From: Squalus acanthias
Taxonomy: Eukaryota
Reading direction: 5' to 3'
Assembly (NCBI GenBank): GCA_030390025.1
Contig: CM059431.1
Span: forward strand, 152,336,001 to 152,400,000
DNA: 64,000 nucleotides
Part shown: positions 53,001 to 64,000 of the stretch, piece after piece
How the letters are laid out: each line of letters opens with the position of its first letter
Numbering within the stretch: the stretch's first letter is position 1
Position numbers and translations under genes: made by a program
The notes under the pieces: generated by a model
Told to the model about the DNA's origin: nothing
Seen by the model: the letters and a program-made list of their open reading frames with translations, nothing else
The model's database searches: none

Positions 53001-56000
53001 GAGGCTATAAAGCCTGCGGTATCCAGGTAGGCCCCTCTTTTACAGCGGCGGACCTGGGCGAGAAGTGAGTGGAGCAGCGAGGCTATAAAGCCTGCGGTAT
53101 CCAGGTAGGCCCCTCTTTTACAGCGGCGGACCTGGGCGAGAAGTGAGTGGAGCAGCGAGGCTATAAAGCCTGCGGTATCCAGGTAGGCCCCTCTTTTACA
53201 GCGGCGGACCTGGGCGAGAATTGAGTGGAGCAGCGAGGCTAAAAAGCTTGCGGTATCCAGGTAGGCCCGTCTTTTACAGCCGCGGACCTGGGCGAGAAGT
53301 GAGTGTAGCAGCGAGGCTATAAAGCCTGCGGTATCCAGGTAGGCCACTCTTTTACAGCGGCGGACGTGGGCGAGTAGTGAGTGTAGCAGCGAGGCTATAA
53401 AGCATGCAGTTTCCAGGTAGGCCCATCCTTTACAGCGGCGGACCTGGGCGAGAAGTGTGTGCAGCAGCGAGGCTGTAAAGACTGCGGTATCCAGGTAGGC
53501 CCCTCTTTTACAGCGGCGGACCTGGGCGAGAAGTGAGTGAAGCATGGACGGTATAAAGCCTGCGGTATTCAGGTAGGCCCCTCTTTTACAGCGGCGGACC
53601 TGGGCGAGAATTGAGTGGAGCAGCGAGGCTATAAAGCCTGCGGTATCCAGGAAGGCCCCTCTTTTACAGCGGTGGACCTGGGCGAGAAGTGAGTGGAGCA
53701 GCGAGGCTATAAAGCCTGTGGTATCCAGGTAGGCCCCTCTTTTACAGCGGCGGACCTGGGCGAGAAGTGAGTGTAGCAGCGAGGCTATAAAGCCTGCGTT
53801 ATCCAGGTAGGCCCCTCTTTTACAGTGGCGGACCTGGGTGAGAAGTGAGTGGAGCAGCGAGGCTATAAAGCCTGCGTTATCCAGGTAGGCCCCTCTTTTA
53901 CAGCGGCGGACCTGGGCGAGAAGTGAGTGGAGCAGCGAGGCTATAAAGCCTGCGGTATCGAGGTCTGCCCCTCATTTACAGCGGTGGAGCTGGGCGAGAA
54001 GTGAGTGAAGCAGCGAGGCTATAAACCCTGCGGTATCCAGGTAGGCCCCTCTTTTACAGCGGCAGACGTGGGCGAGTAGTGAGTGGAGCAGCGAGGCTAT
54101 AAAACTTGCGGTATCCAGGTGGGCCCCTCATTTACAGCGGCAGACCTGGGCGAGAAGTGAGTGGAGCAGCGAGGCTATAAAGCCTGCGGTATCCAGGTAG
54201 GCCCCTCTTTTACAGCGGCGGACCTGGGCGAGAATTGAGTGGAACAGCGAGGCTAAAAAGACTGCGGTATCCAGGTAAGCCCCTCTTTTACAGCGGCAGC
54301 CCTGGGCGAGAAGTGTGTGCAGCAGCGAGGCTATAAAGCCTGCGGTATCCAGGTAGGCCCCTCGTTTACAGTGGCGGAACTGGGCGAGAAGTGATTTGAG
54401 CAGCGAGGCTATAAAGCCTGCGGTATCCAGGTAGGCCCCTCTTTTACAGCGGCGGACCTGGGCGAGAAGTGAGTGGAGCAGCGAGGCTATAAAGCCTGCG
54501 GTATCCAGGTAGGCCCCTCTTTTACAGCGGCGGACCTCGGCGAGAAGTGTGTGGAGCAGCGAGGCTATAAATCCTGCGGTATCCAGGTAGGCCCCTCTTT
54601 TACAGCGGCGGACCTGGGCGAGAAGTGAGTGGAGCAGCGAGGCTATAAAGCCTGCGGTATCGAGGTCTGCCCCTCTTTTACAGCGGTGGAGCTGGGCGAG
54701 AAGTGAGTGAAGCAGCGAGGCTATAAACCCTGCGGTATCCAGGTAGGCCCCTCTTTTACAGCGGCAGACCTGGGCGAGAAGTGAGTGGAGCAGCGAGGCT
54801 ATAAAGCCTGCGGTATCCAGGTAGGCCCCTCTTTTACAGCGGCGGACCTGGGCGAGAATTGAGTGGAGCAGCGAGGCTATAAAGCCTGCGGTATCCAGGT
54901 AGGCCCCTCTTTTACAGCGGCGGACCTGGGCGAGAAGTGAGTGTAGCAGCGAGGCTATAAAGCCTGCGGTATCCAGGTAGGCCCCTCTTTTACAGCGGCG
55001 GACCTGGGCGAGAAGTGAGTGGAGCAGCGAGGCTATAAAGCCTGCGGTATCCAGGTAGGCCCCTCTTTTACAGCGGCGGACCTGGGCGAGAAGTGAGTGG
55101 AGCAGCGAGGCTATAAAGCCTGCGGTATCCAGGTAGGCCCCTCTTTTACAGCGGCGGACCTGGGCGAGAAGTGAGTGAGCAGCGAGGCTATAAAGCCTGC
55201 GGTATCCAGGTAGGCCCCTCTTTTACAGCGGCGGACCTGGGCGAGAAGTGAGTGGAGCAGCGAGGCTATAAAGCCTGCGGTATCCAGGTAGGCCCCTCTT
55301 TTACAGCGGCGGACCTGGGCGAGAAGTGAGTGAGCAGCGAGGCTATAAAGCCTGCGGTATCCAGGTAGGCCCCTCTTTTACAGCGGCGGACCTGGGCGAG
55401 AAGTGAGTGGAGCAGCGAGGCTATAAAGCCTGCGGTATCCAGGTAGGCCCCTCTTTTACAGCGGCGGACCTGGGCGAGAAGTGAGTGGAGCAGCGAGGCT
55501 ATAAAGCCTGCGGTATCCAGGTAGGCCCCTCTTTTACAGCGGCGGACCTGGGCGAGAAGTGAGTGGAGCAGCGAGGCTATAAAGCCTGCGGTATCCAGGT
55601 AGGCCCCTCTTTTACAGCGGCGGACCTGGGCGAGAAGTGAGTGAGCAGCGAGGCTATAAAGCCTGCGGTATCCAGGTAGGCCCCTCTTTTACAGCGGCGG
55701 ACCTGGGCGAGAATTGAGTGGAGCAGCAAGGCTATAAAGCCTCCGGTATCCAGGTAGGCCCTCCACGTTTACAGCGGCGGACCTGGGCGAGAAGTGAGTG
55801 GAGCAGCGAGGCTATAAAGCCTGCGGTATCCAGGTAGGCCCCTCTTTTACAGCGGCGGACCTGGGCGAGAAGTGAGTGTAGCAGCGAGGCTATAAAGCCT
55901 GCGGTATCCAGGTAGGCCCCTCTTTTACAGCGGCGGACCTGGGCGAGAAGTGAGTGGAGCAGCGAGGCTATAAAGCCTGCGGTATCCAGGTAGGCCCCTC

Positions 56001-59000
56001 TTTTACAGCGGCGGACCTGGGCGAGAAGTGAGTGAGCAGCGAGGCTATAAAGCCTGCGGTATCCAGGTAGGCCCCTCTTTTACAGCGGCGGACCTGGGCG
56101 AGAAGTGAGTGGAGCAGCGAGGCTATAAAGCCTGCGGTATCCAGGTAGGCCCCTCTTTTACAGCGGCGGACCTGGGCGAGAAGTGAGTGGAGCAGCGAGG
56201 CTATAAAGCCTGCGGTATCCAGGTAGGCCCCTCTTTTACAGTGGCGGACCTGGGTGAGAAGTGAGTGGAGCAGCGAGGCTATAAAGCCTGCGGTATCCAG
56301 GTAGGCCCCTCTTTTACAGCGGCGGACCTGGGCGAGAAGTGAGTGGAGCAGCGAGGCTATAAAGCCTGCGGTATCGAGGTCTGCCCCTCATTTACAGCGG
56401 TGGAGCTGGGCGAGAAGTGAGTGAAGCAGCGAGGCTATAAACCCTGCGGTATCCAGGTAGGCCCCTCTTTTACAGCAGCGGACGTGGGCGAGTAGTGAGT
56501 GGAGCAGCGAGGCTATAAAACCTGCGGTATCCAGGTAGGCCCCTCTTTTACAGCGGCAGACCTGGGCGAGAAGTGAGTGGAGCAGCAAGGCTATAAAGCC
56601 TGCGGTATCCAGGTAGGCCCCTCTTTTACAGCGCCGGACCTGGGCGAGAATTGAGTGGAGCAGCGAGGCTAAAAAGCCTGCGGTATCCAGGTCTGCCCCT
56701 CTTTTACAGCAGTGGAGCTGGGCGAGAAGTGAGTGAAGCTGCGAGGCTATAAACCCTGCGGTATCCAGGTAGGCCCCTCTTTTACAGCGGCGGACCTGGG
56801 CGAGAAGTGAGTGGAGCAGCGAGGCTATAAAGCCTGCGGTATCCAGGTAGGCCCCTCTTTTACAGCGGCGGACCTGGGCGAGAAGTGAGTGGAGCAGCGA
56901 GGCTATAAAGCCTGCGGTATCCAGGTAGGCCCCTCTTTTACAGCGGCGGACCTGGGCGAGAAGTGAGTGGAGCAGCGAGGCTATAAAGCCTGCGGTATCC
57001 AGGTAGGCCCCTCTTTTACAGCGGCGGACCTGGGCGAGAAGTGTGTGGAGCAGCGAGGCTATAAAGCCTGCGGTATCCAGGTAGGCCCCTCTTTTACAGC
57101 GGCGGACCTGGGCGAGAAGTGATTTGAGCAGCGAGGCTATAAAGCCTGCGGTATCCAGGTAGGCCCCTCTTTTACAGCGGCGGACCTGGGCGAGAAGTGA
57201 GTGGAGCAGCGAGGCTATAAAGCCTGCGGTATCCAGGTAGGCCCCTCTTTTACAGCGGCGGACCTGGGCGAGAAGTGAGTGGAGCAGCGAGGCTATAAAG
57301 CCTGCGGTATCCAGGTAGGCCCCTCTTTTACAGCGGCGGACCTGGGCGAGAAGTGAGTGGAGCAGCGAGGCTATAAAGCCTGCGGTATCCAGGTAGGCCC
57401 CTCTTTTACAGCGGCGGACCTGGGCGAGAAGTGAGTGGAGCAGCGAGGCTATAAAGCCTGCGGTATCCAGGTAGGCCCCTCTTTTACAGCGGCGGACCTG
57501 GGCGAGAAGTGAGTGGAGCAGCGAGGCTATAAAGCCTGCGGTATCCAGGTAGGCCCCTCTTTTACAGCGGCGGACCTGGGCGAGAAGTGAGTGGAGCAGC
57601 GAGGCTATAAAGCCTGCGGTATCCAGGTAGGCCCCTCTTTTACAGCGGCGGACCTGGGCGAGAAGTGAGTGGAGCAGCGAGGCTATAAAGCCTGCGGTAT
57701 CCAGGTAGGCCCCTCTTTTACAGCGGCGGACCTGGGCGAGAAGTGTGTGGAGCAGCGAGGCTATAAAGCCTGCGGTATCCAGGTAGGCCCCTCTTTTACA
57801 GCGGCGGACCTGGGCGAGAAGTGAGTGGAGCAGCGAGGCTATAAAGCCTGCGGTAACCAGGTAGGCCCCTCTTTTACAGCGGCGGACCTGGGCGAGAAGT
57901 GAGTGGAGCAGCGAGGCTATAAAGCCTGCGGTATCCAGGTAGGCCCCTCTTTTACAGCGGCGGACCTGGGCGAGAAGTGAGTGGAGCAGCGAGGCTATAA
58001 AGCCTGCGGTATCCAGGTATGCCCCTCTTTTACAGCGGTGGAGCTGGGCGAGAAGTGAGTGAAGCAGCGAGGCTATAAAGCCTGCGGTATCCAGGTAGGC
58101 CCCTCTTTTACAGCGGCGGACCTGGGCGAGAAGTGAGTGGAGCAGCGAGGCTATAAAGCCTGCGGTATCCAGGTAGGCCCCTCTTTTACAGCGGCGGACC
58201 TGGGCGAGAATTGAGTGGAGCAGCGAGGCTAAAAAGCCTGCGGTATCCAGGTAGGCCCCTCTTTTACAGCGGCGGACCTGGGCGAGAAGTGAGTGTAGCA
58301 GCGAGGCTATAAAGCCTGCGGTATCCAGGTAGGCCCCTCTTTTACAGCGGCGGACCTGGGCGAGAAGTGTGTGGAGCAGCGAGGCTATAAAGCCTGCGGT
58401 ATCCAGGTAGGCCCCTCTTTTACAGCGGCGGACCTGGGCGAGAAGTGAGTGGAGCAGCGAGGCTATAAAGCCTGCGGTATCCAGGTAGGTCCCTCTTTTA
58501 CAGCGGCGGACCTGGGCGAGAATTGAGTGGAGCAGCGAGGCTATAAAGCCTGCGGTATCCAGGTAGGCCCCTCTTTTACAGCGGCGGACCTGGGCGAGAA
58601 TTGAGTGGAGCAGCGAGGCTATAAAGCCTGCGGTATCCAGGTAGGCCCCTCTTTTACAGCGGCGGACCTGGGCGAGAAGTGTGTGAGCAGCGAGGCTATA
58701 AAGCCTGCGGTATCCAGGTAGGCCCCTCTTTTACAGCGGCGGACCTGGGCGAGAAGTGAGTGGAGCAGCGAGGCTATAAAGCCTGCGGTATCCAGGTAGG
58801 CCCCTCTTTTACAGCGGCGGACCTGGGCGAGAAGTGTGTGGAGCAGCGAGGCTATAAAGCCTGCGGTATCCAGGTAGGCCCCTCTTTTACAGCGGCGGAC
58901 CTGGGCGAGAAGTGAGTGGAGCAGCGAGGCTATAAAGCCTGCGGTATCCAGGTAGGCCCCTCTTTTACAGCGGCGGACCTGGGCGAGAAGTGAGTGGAGC

Positions 59001-59172
59001 AGCGAGGCTATAAAGCCTGCGGTATCCAGGTAGGCCCCTCTTTTACAGCGGCGGACCTGGGCGAGAAGTGAGTGGAGCAGCGAGGCTATAAAGCCTGCGG
59101 TATCCAGGTAGGCCCCTCTTTTACAGCGGCGGACCTGGGCGAGAAGTGAGTGGAGCAGCGAGGCTATAAAGC
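44087..59172. repeat. 78-bp satellite array, about 193 units, about 60% GC
   Basis: Unit ctgggcgagaagtgagtggagcagcgaggctataaagcctgcggtatccaggtaggcccctcttttacagcggcggac, repeated head to tail up to the gap. Confidence 0.98.
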
Positions 59173-59672
59173 NNNNNNNNNNNNNNNNNNNNNNNNNNNN
59201 NNNNNNNNNNNNNNNNNNNNNNNNNNNNNNNNNNNNNNNNNNNNNNNNNNNNNNNNNNNNNNNNNNNNNNNNNNNNNNNNNNNNNNNNNNNNNNNNNNNN
59301 NNNNNNNNNNNNNNNNNNNNNNNNNNNNNNNNNNNNNNNNNNNNNNNNNNNNNNNNNNNNNNNNNNNNNNNNNNNNNNNNNNNNNNNNNNNNNNNNNNNN
59401 NNNNNNNNNNNNNNNNNNNNNNNNNNNNNNNNNNNNNNNNNNNNNNNNNNNNNNNNNNNNNNNNNNNNNNNNNNNNNNNNNNNNNNNNNNNNNNNNNNNN
59501 NNNNNNNNNNNNNNNNNNNNNNNNNNNNNNNNNNNNNNNNNNNNNNNNNNNNNNNNNNNNNNNNNNNNNNNNNNNNNNNNNNNNNNNNNNNNNNNNNNNN
59601 NNNNNNNNNNNNNNNNNNNNNNNNNNNNNNNNNNNNNNNNNNNNNNNNNNNNNNNNNNNNNNNNNNNNNNNN
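59173..59672. other. Assembly gap (500 N)
   Basis: Run of N of round length. Confidence 0.99.
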
Positions 59673-59684
59673 CCCGACCCTTAC

Positions 59685-59905
59685 CGTCCTCGGTGATCCT
59701 GCTGACGTCGGACTCCCGCTTGCGCCGCACGGCTCGCTGCTTCTCCTCCAGCCGCTGCTTCTCCATGTTGGCCTCGTCCCACCTGCCGTTCTCCATCAGC
59801 CTCTGGTCGGGCCGCAGGCGGCTGTCGGTGGGGGCCACCCCATCCTCCGGCTCATTCAGGGTCAGGGCCAGCTCCGAGAAGTAGTACATGGTCTCCGCGT
59901 GTTCC
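59685..59905 (-). CDS. OSBP: Oxysterol-binding protein (OSBP; OSBP2 not excluded), internal exon near the C-terminus
   Basis: Acceptor ctcctgtcccgccag, donor gtaagg; EHAETMYYFSELALTLNEPEDGVAPTDSRLRPDQRLMENGRWDEANMEKQRLEEKQR...ITEDG; 221 nt, phase-compatible with the upstream exon. Confidence 0.88.
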
Positions 59906-60059
59906 CTGGCGGGACAGGAGGGAGCAGAGGTGTTTAATCCCGCATCCTCGGATTCAGAGCCCCCCCCACCCCCGCCCCTCTACCAAAGCACACTCACTCT
60001 ATACAGACGCCCCGCGCTCCTGCCCAGGTTAGACACAGAGTAAAGCTGGGATTTTTTTC

Positions 60060-60310
60060 GTGATGTTGGTTGAGGGATAAATATTGGCCTCGAATACCGG
60101 GGAGAACTCCTTCTGCTCTTCTTCCAAAAGTGGCCGTGGGATCTTTCACGTCTACCTGAGGGGGCACCTCAGACGGTGCAGTGCTTCCTCAGTACTGGCA
60201 GAGGGAGTGTCGGCCTAGATTATGGGTTTCAAGTCAGTGTAGTGGGACTCGAAACCACAACCCTCTGACTCAGAGGGCGAGAGTGCTGCCCACTGAGCCA
60301 CGGCCGACAC
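60060..60310 (-). mobile_element. tRNA-derived Deu-domain SINE (SacSINE1-like) in the OSBP intron
   Basis: Head gtgtcggccgtggctcagtgggcagcactctcgccctctgagtcagagggttgtggtttcgagtcccact, plus a Deu domain ending caatatttatccctcaaccaaca. Confidence 0.75.
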
Positions 60311-61008
60311 CCATTGTTGCCCCTTGAGAAGTTGGTGGTGAGCCTTCTTCTTGAACAGCTCCCATTTATACAGCACCTTTAACCTCGTCAAAACGCCCCA
60401 GGTTGCTTCACAGGAGCAATTAGCAAATTAAAGTCGACACCGAGCCACATCAGCAGACATCAGGACAGATGGCCAAAAAGCTTGGTCAAAGAGGTAGGTT
60501 TTGAGGAGAGTCTAAGAGGCGGAGAGAGAGAGAGAGGGGGGGGGGGGTTTAGGGAGGGAATCCCGGAGTTTAGGGCCTTCGCAGCTGAAGGCACGGCTGC
60601 CAATGGTGAGCGATTAAAATCGGGGGGTGGGGGGGTGCGCAAGAGGCCAGAATTGGAGGAGCGCAGAGATCTCGGAGGGATGCAGGGCTGGAGGAGTTTA
60701 CGGAGATAGGGAGGGGGGGGCGAGGCTATGGAGGAATTTGAAGACAAGGGTGGAGAATTTCAAAAAGCGAGGTGTTGCCGGACCGGGAGTCAATTCAGGT
60801 CAGCACCGGAGGAGGAGGGCTGATGAAGTGGTGCAGTCCGTGCTGTGCTCCCGGAGTGCTGTCGGGAAGGGGAGTTCAAGGATTTGGACCCAGCGGCAGC
60901 GAAGGACCGGCCGATATAGCTCCAAGTTGGGATGGTGTGGACCCGGAGTGGGGAGTGTCTCTCGGAGGTTGAGGGGCGCTCGCGTGCGCCTGCCTGGGAA
61001 CAACTCAC

Positions 61009-61193
61009 GGGGCTTTGTGCCTCTTCCACAGCTCCTTCCCCCGCAGGGTCTCGTACACCGTCTTCTGCCTCCCCTCCGTGCCGTTCTCCCCTTTGCTGCT
61101 GTGCAGGACCCGCGAGTAGTCCATCTTCTCGTCCCACGTCCCCGAGAGGATGTAGTGAGCTTTGCCCCCGATGTCAGTCACAACACCAGTGAC
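61009..61193 (-). CDS. OSBP: OSBP-family internal exon
   Basis: gtcgtag|GTC...CC|gtgagt; VTGVVTDIGGKAHYILSGTWDEKMDYSRVLHSSKGENGTEGRQKTVYETLRGKELWKRHKAP; 185 nt, ends in phase 2. Confidence 0.86.
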
Positions 61194-61349
61194 CTACGAC
61201 CCCAGCGATTAAAAAACCCAAAAACAACAAAAGAAGTCAGACGTCAGGCAATCGCTCCACATCTCAAACCGCACACCCATAAGTTTCCAGCACCCGGTGT
61301 TTATGTTTTGGTTATCGTGTTTAATTCACCATCAGCAATGCCCCAACCA

Positions 61350-63960
61350 TCGTAGAATCTCTCAGCCCAGAAGGAGGCCATTCGGCCCATCGTGCCTGTG
61401 CCGGCTCTTAGGTAGAATTATCCGATCAGTCCCACTCCCCCGCTGCCCTTTCCCCACAGCCCCGCAAATTTTTTTTACCTTCATGTATTTATCCAATTCC
61501 CTTTTGAAAGTTACTATTGAATCTGCTTCCATCGCCCTTCCGGGCTGTGCATTCCAGATCACAACAACTCGTTGCTTAAAAAATGTTTCCTCATCTCCCC
61601 CTCTGGTTCTTTTGCCAATCACCTTAATTCAGTGTCCTCCGGTTATCGACCCTTCTGCCACGGGAAGGAGCTCAGAGACGATTCACTGGGTTAATTCCAG
61701 AGATGAGGGGGTTTGACTTATGAGGAAAGGTTGAGCAGGCTGGGCCTCTACTCATTGGAATTTAGAAGAATGAGAGGTGATCCTATTGAAACATAAAAGA
61801 TACTGAGTGGGCTCGACAAGGTAAATGCAGAGAGGATGTTTCACCTCGTGGGGGAATCTAGAACTCAGGGGCATAGTTTCTGAATAAAGGGTCGCCCTTT
61901 TAGAACTGAGATGAGGAGGAATTTCTTCTCTCTGAGGGTTGTAAATCTGTGGAATTCTCTGCCCCAGAGAGCTGTGGAGGCTGGGTCATGAAATACATTT
62001 AAGGTGCAGATAGACAGATTTCTGCAAGATAAGGGAGTGAAGGGTTATGGGGAGCGGGCAGGGAAGTGGCTTTGAGCCCAAGATAAGCCCTGATCTTATT
62101 GAATGGCGGAGCAGGCTCGAGGGGCCAAGTGGCCTATTCCTGCTCCTAGTTCTTATGTTCTTCTGGAAACAGTTTCTCCTTATTTACTCTACCTAAACCC
62201 TTCATTGATTTTTGAACACCTCTGTCAAATCTCCACATAACCTTCTCAGCGCCAAGGAAAACAACCCCAGTTTCTCCACATGACTGAAGTCCCTCATCCC
62301 TGATACCATTCTCGTAAATCTCTTCTGCCCCCTCTCCAAGGCCCAACTTCCTTCCTCAAGAAATCTCCACTATCCATCTCTGCGTGCAACATTCTTGATT
62401 TTAAGTGTTGGCGCGGTAAGTATTTGCCTTCGTCACTGTAATGATGCGCAGTGATATAGTTTGTTGAGCTGCTCGATTTGCGAGCAGCATCTGCCCAATG
62501 CTGGCATGTCCTTACATGTTGCCTGTTCCTAGTTGCTCTGAGGGGGATCAAGAGTAAACCACGTGGTGCGCATTTAAGAGGAAGCTAGATAAATACATGA
62601 GGGGGAAAGGAATATAGAGGGTTCTGCTGATGGGGTGATATGAAGAAGGGTGGGGGGGAGGCTGGTGTGGAGCACGAACACTGGCACGGACCAGTTGGGC
62701 CAAATGGCCTGTTTCTGTGCTGTACATAGAAACATAAAAATAGGAGCAGGAGTAGGCCATTCGAGCATAAGAGCATGGCTGATCCTCTATCTCAATCCCT
62801 ATTCCTGCTCTCTCCCCATACCCCTTGATGGCTTTTGTGTCTAGAAATCTATCTATCTCCTTCTTAAATATATTCAGTGACTTAGCCTCCACAGCCTTCT
62901 GTGGTAGAGAATTCCATAGGTTCACCACCCTCTGAGTGAAGAAATTTCTCCTCATCTCAGTCCTAAATGTCCTCCCCCGTATCCTGAGACTGTGACCACT
63001 CGTTCTGGACCCCCCCAGCCAGGAGAAACATCCTCCCTGCATCCAGTCTGTCTAGCCCTGTCAGAATTTTATAAGTTTCAATGAGATCCCCTCTCATTCT
63101 TCTAAACTCGTACAATCTATGTAATTCTATGTAAGTACTTATCCAATTCCCTTTTTGAAAGTTACGATTGAATCTGCTTCCACCACCCTTTCAGGCAGTG
63201 CATTCCAGATCATAACTCGTTGCAGACATTTTTTTCCCCCTCATGTTGCTTCTGGTTCTTTTGCCGACTACCTTAAGTCTGTGTCCTCTGGTTACCGACC
63301 CTCCTGCCACTGGGAACAGAGTCTGCCTATTTACTCTGTCAAAACCCTTCACGATTTTGAACACCTCCATCAAATCTCCCCTTAAGCTTCTCTGCTCTAA
63401 GGAGAACAACCGCAGCTTCTCCAGTCTCTCCACATATTGAAAGTCTTTCATCCCTGGTACCATTCTGGTAAATCTCCTTAGCGGGCACGGGGGGGTGGGG
63501 GTGGGGGGGCTACAAGAACAGAGGGACTTGGGGGTGCATCGTCACAAATCTTTGAAGGTGGCAGGGCAAGTTGATAAGGCGGGTAAGAAAGCGCTTGGAA
63601 TACTTGGCTTTGTAAATAGGGGCATTGAATACAAAAAGAAGGAAGTCATGCTGAACCTTTACAAATCATTGATTAGGCCTCAGCTGGAGCATTGTGTCCA
63701 ATTCTGGGCCCTGCGTTTAAGGACATCAAGGCCCTGGAGAGGGTACAGCGGAGGTTGACCAGGGTGCTCCAGGGATGAGGGACTTCAGCTCTGTGGAGAG
63801 ACTGGAGAAGCTGGGGTTGTTCTCCTTAGAGCACAGAAGGTTACAGGTATTCAAAATTTAAAAAGGGGTTTTTGATCGAGCAAGTAGGGAGAAACCGTTT
63901 CCTCTGGCAACCGGGTCGATAACCAGAGGTCACTGATTTAAAATAATTGGCACAAGAACA
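61350..63960. mobile_element. Cluster of nested CR1 3' fragments on both strands (intronic)
   Basis: A minus fragment (61350-61662 and 62160-62350) is split by a plus fragment; further pieces at 62570-63145, 63150-63480 and 63510-63960 with RGDL.EVFKI and RPQLEHCVQFW. Confidence 0.8.
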
Positions 63961-64000
63961 GGCAATTGGATGTGTACTTGTAGAGGACTAATTTGCAGGC

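Noticed and set aside
44693..56588. Long minus-strand ORFs with a 26-aa repeat (LLHSLLAQVRRCKRGAYLDTAGFIAS) as a repeat protein
   Set aside because: The unit is 78 bp (26 codons) and one of six frames happens to lack a stop; variant units add stops and 1-bp indels; there is no recognisable domain or gene structure.
44087..59172. Satellite as a CRISPR array
   Set aside because: Units are head to tail with no unique spacers, there are no cas genes, and the context is eukaryotic.
59150..61355. Plus-strand ORFs of 244 aa and 242 aa
   Set aside because: One spans the N gap; both are antisense to OSBP exons or read through repeats.

Overview
This is vertebrate genomic DNA, most likely from a cartilaginous fish (inferred from dense CR1 LINEs, Deu-domain SINEs and a GPR139-like receptor type), not a prokaryotic window. 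Bases 1-44 kb are a decayed cluster of tRNA-Lys(UUU)-like cassettes heavily invaded by CR1 LINEs. This region holds a segmental duplication (about 9.0-18.9 kb versus 36.2-44.1 kb) carrying a GPR139/GPR142-like GPCR. The first copy is an intact two-exon gene of 332 aa (exon 1 is missed by the ORF track); the second is frameshifted and lacks exon 1. Upstream of the intact gene is a 26-bp minisatellite interrupted by a 159-bp palindrome made of two opposed Penelope-type minimal hammerhead ribozyme motifs. A 78-bp GC-rich satellite of about 193 units runs from inside the intron of the second GPCR copy (44087) to a 500-N gap. After the gap are two minus-strand exons of an OSBP-family gene, among SINE and CR1 fragments. 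All family names come from recognised motifs, not database searches, and boundaries of old repeats are approximate.
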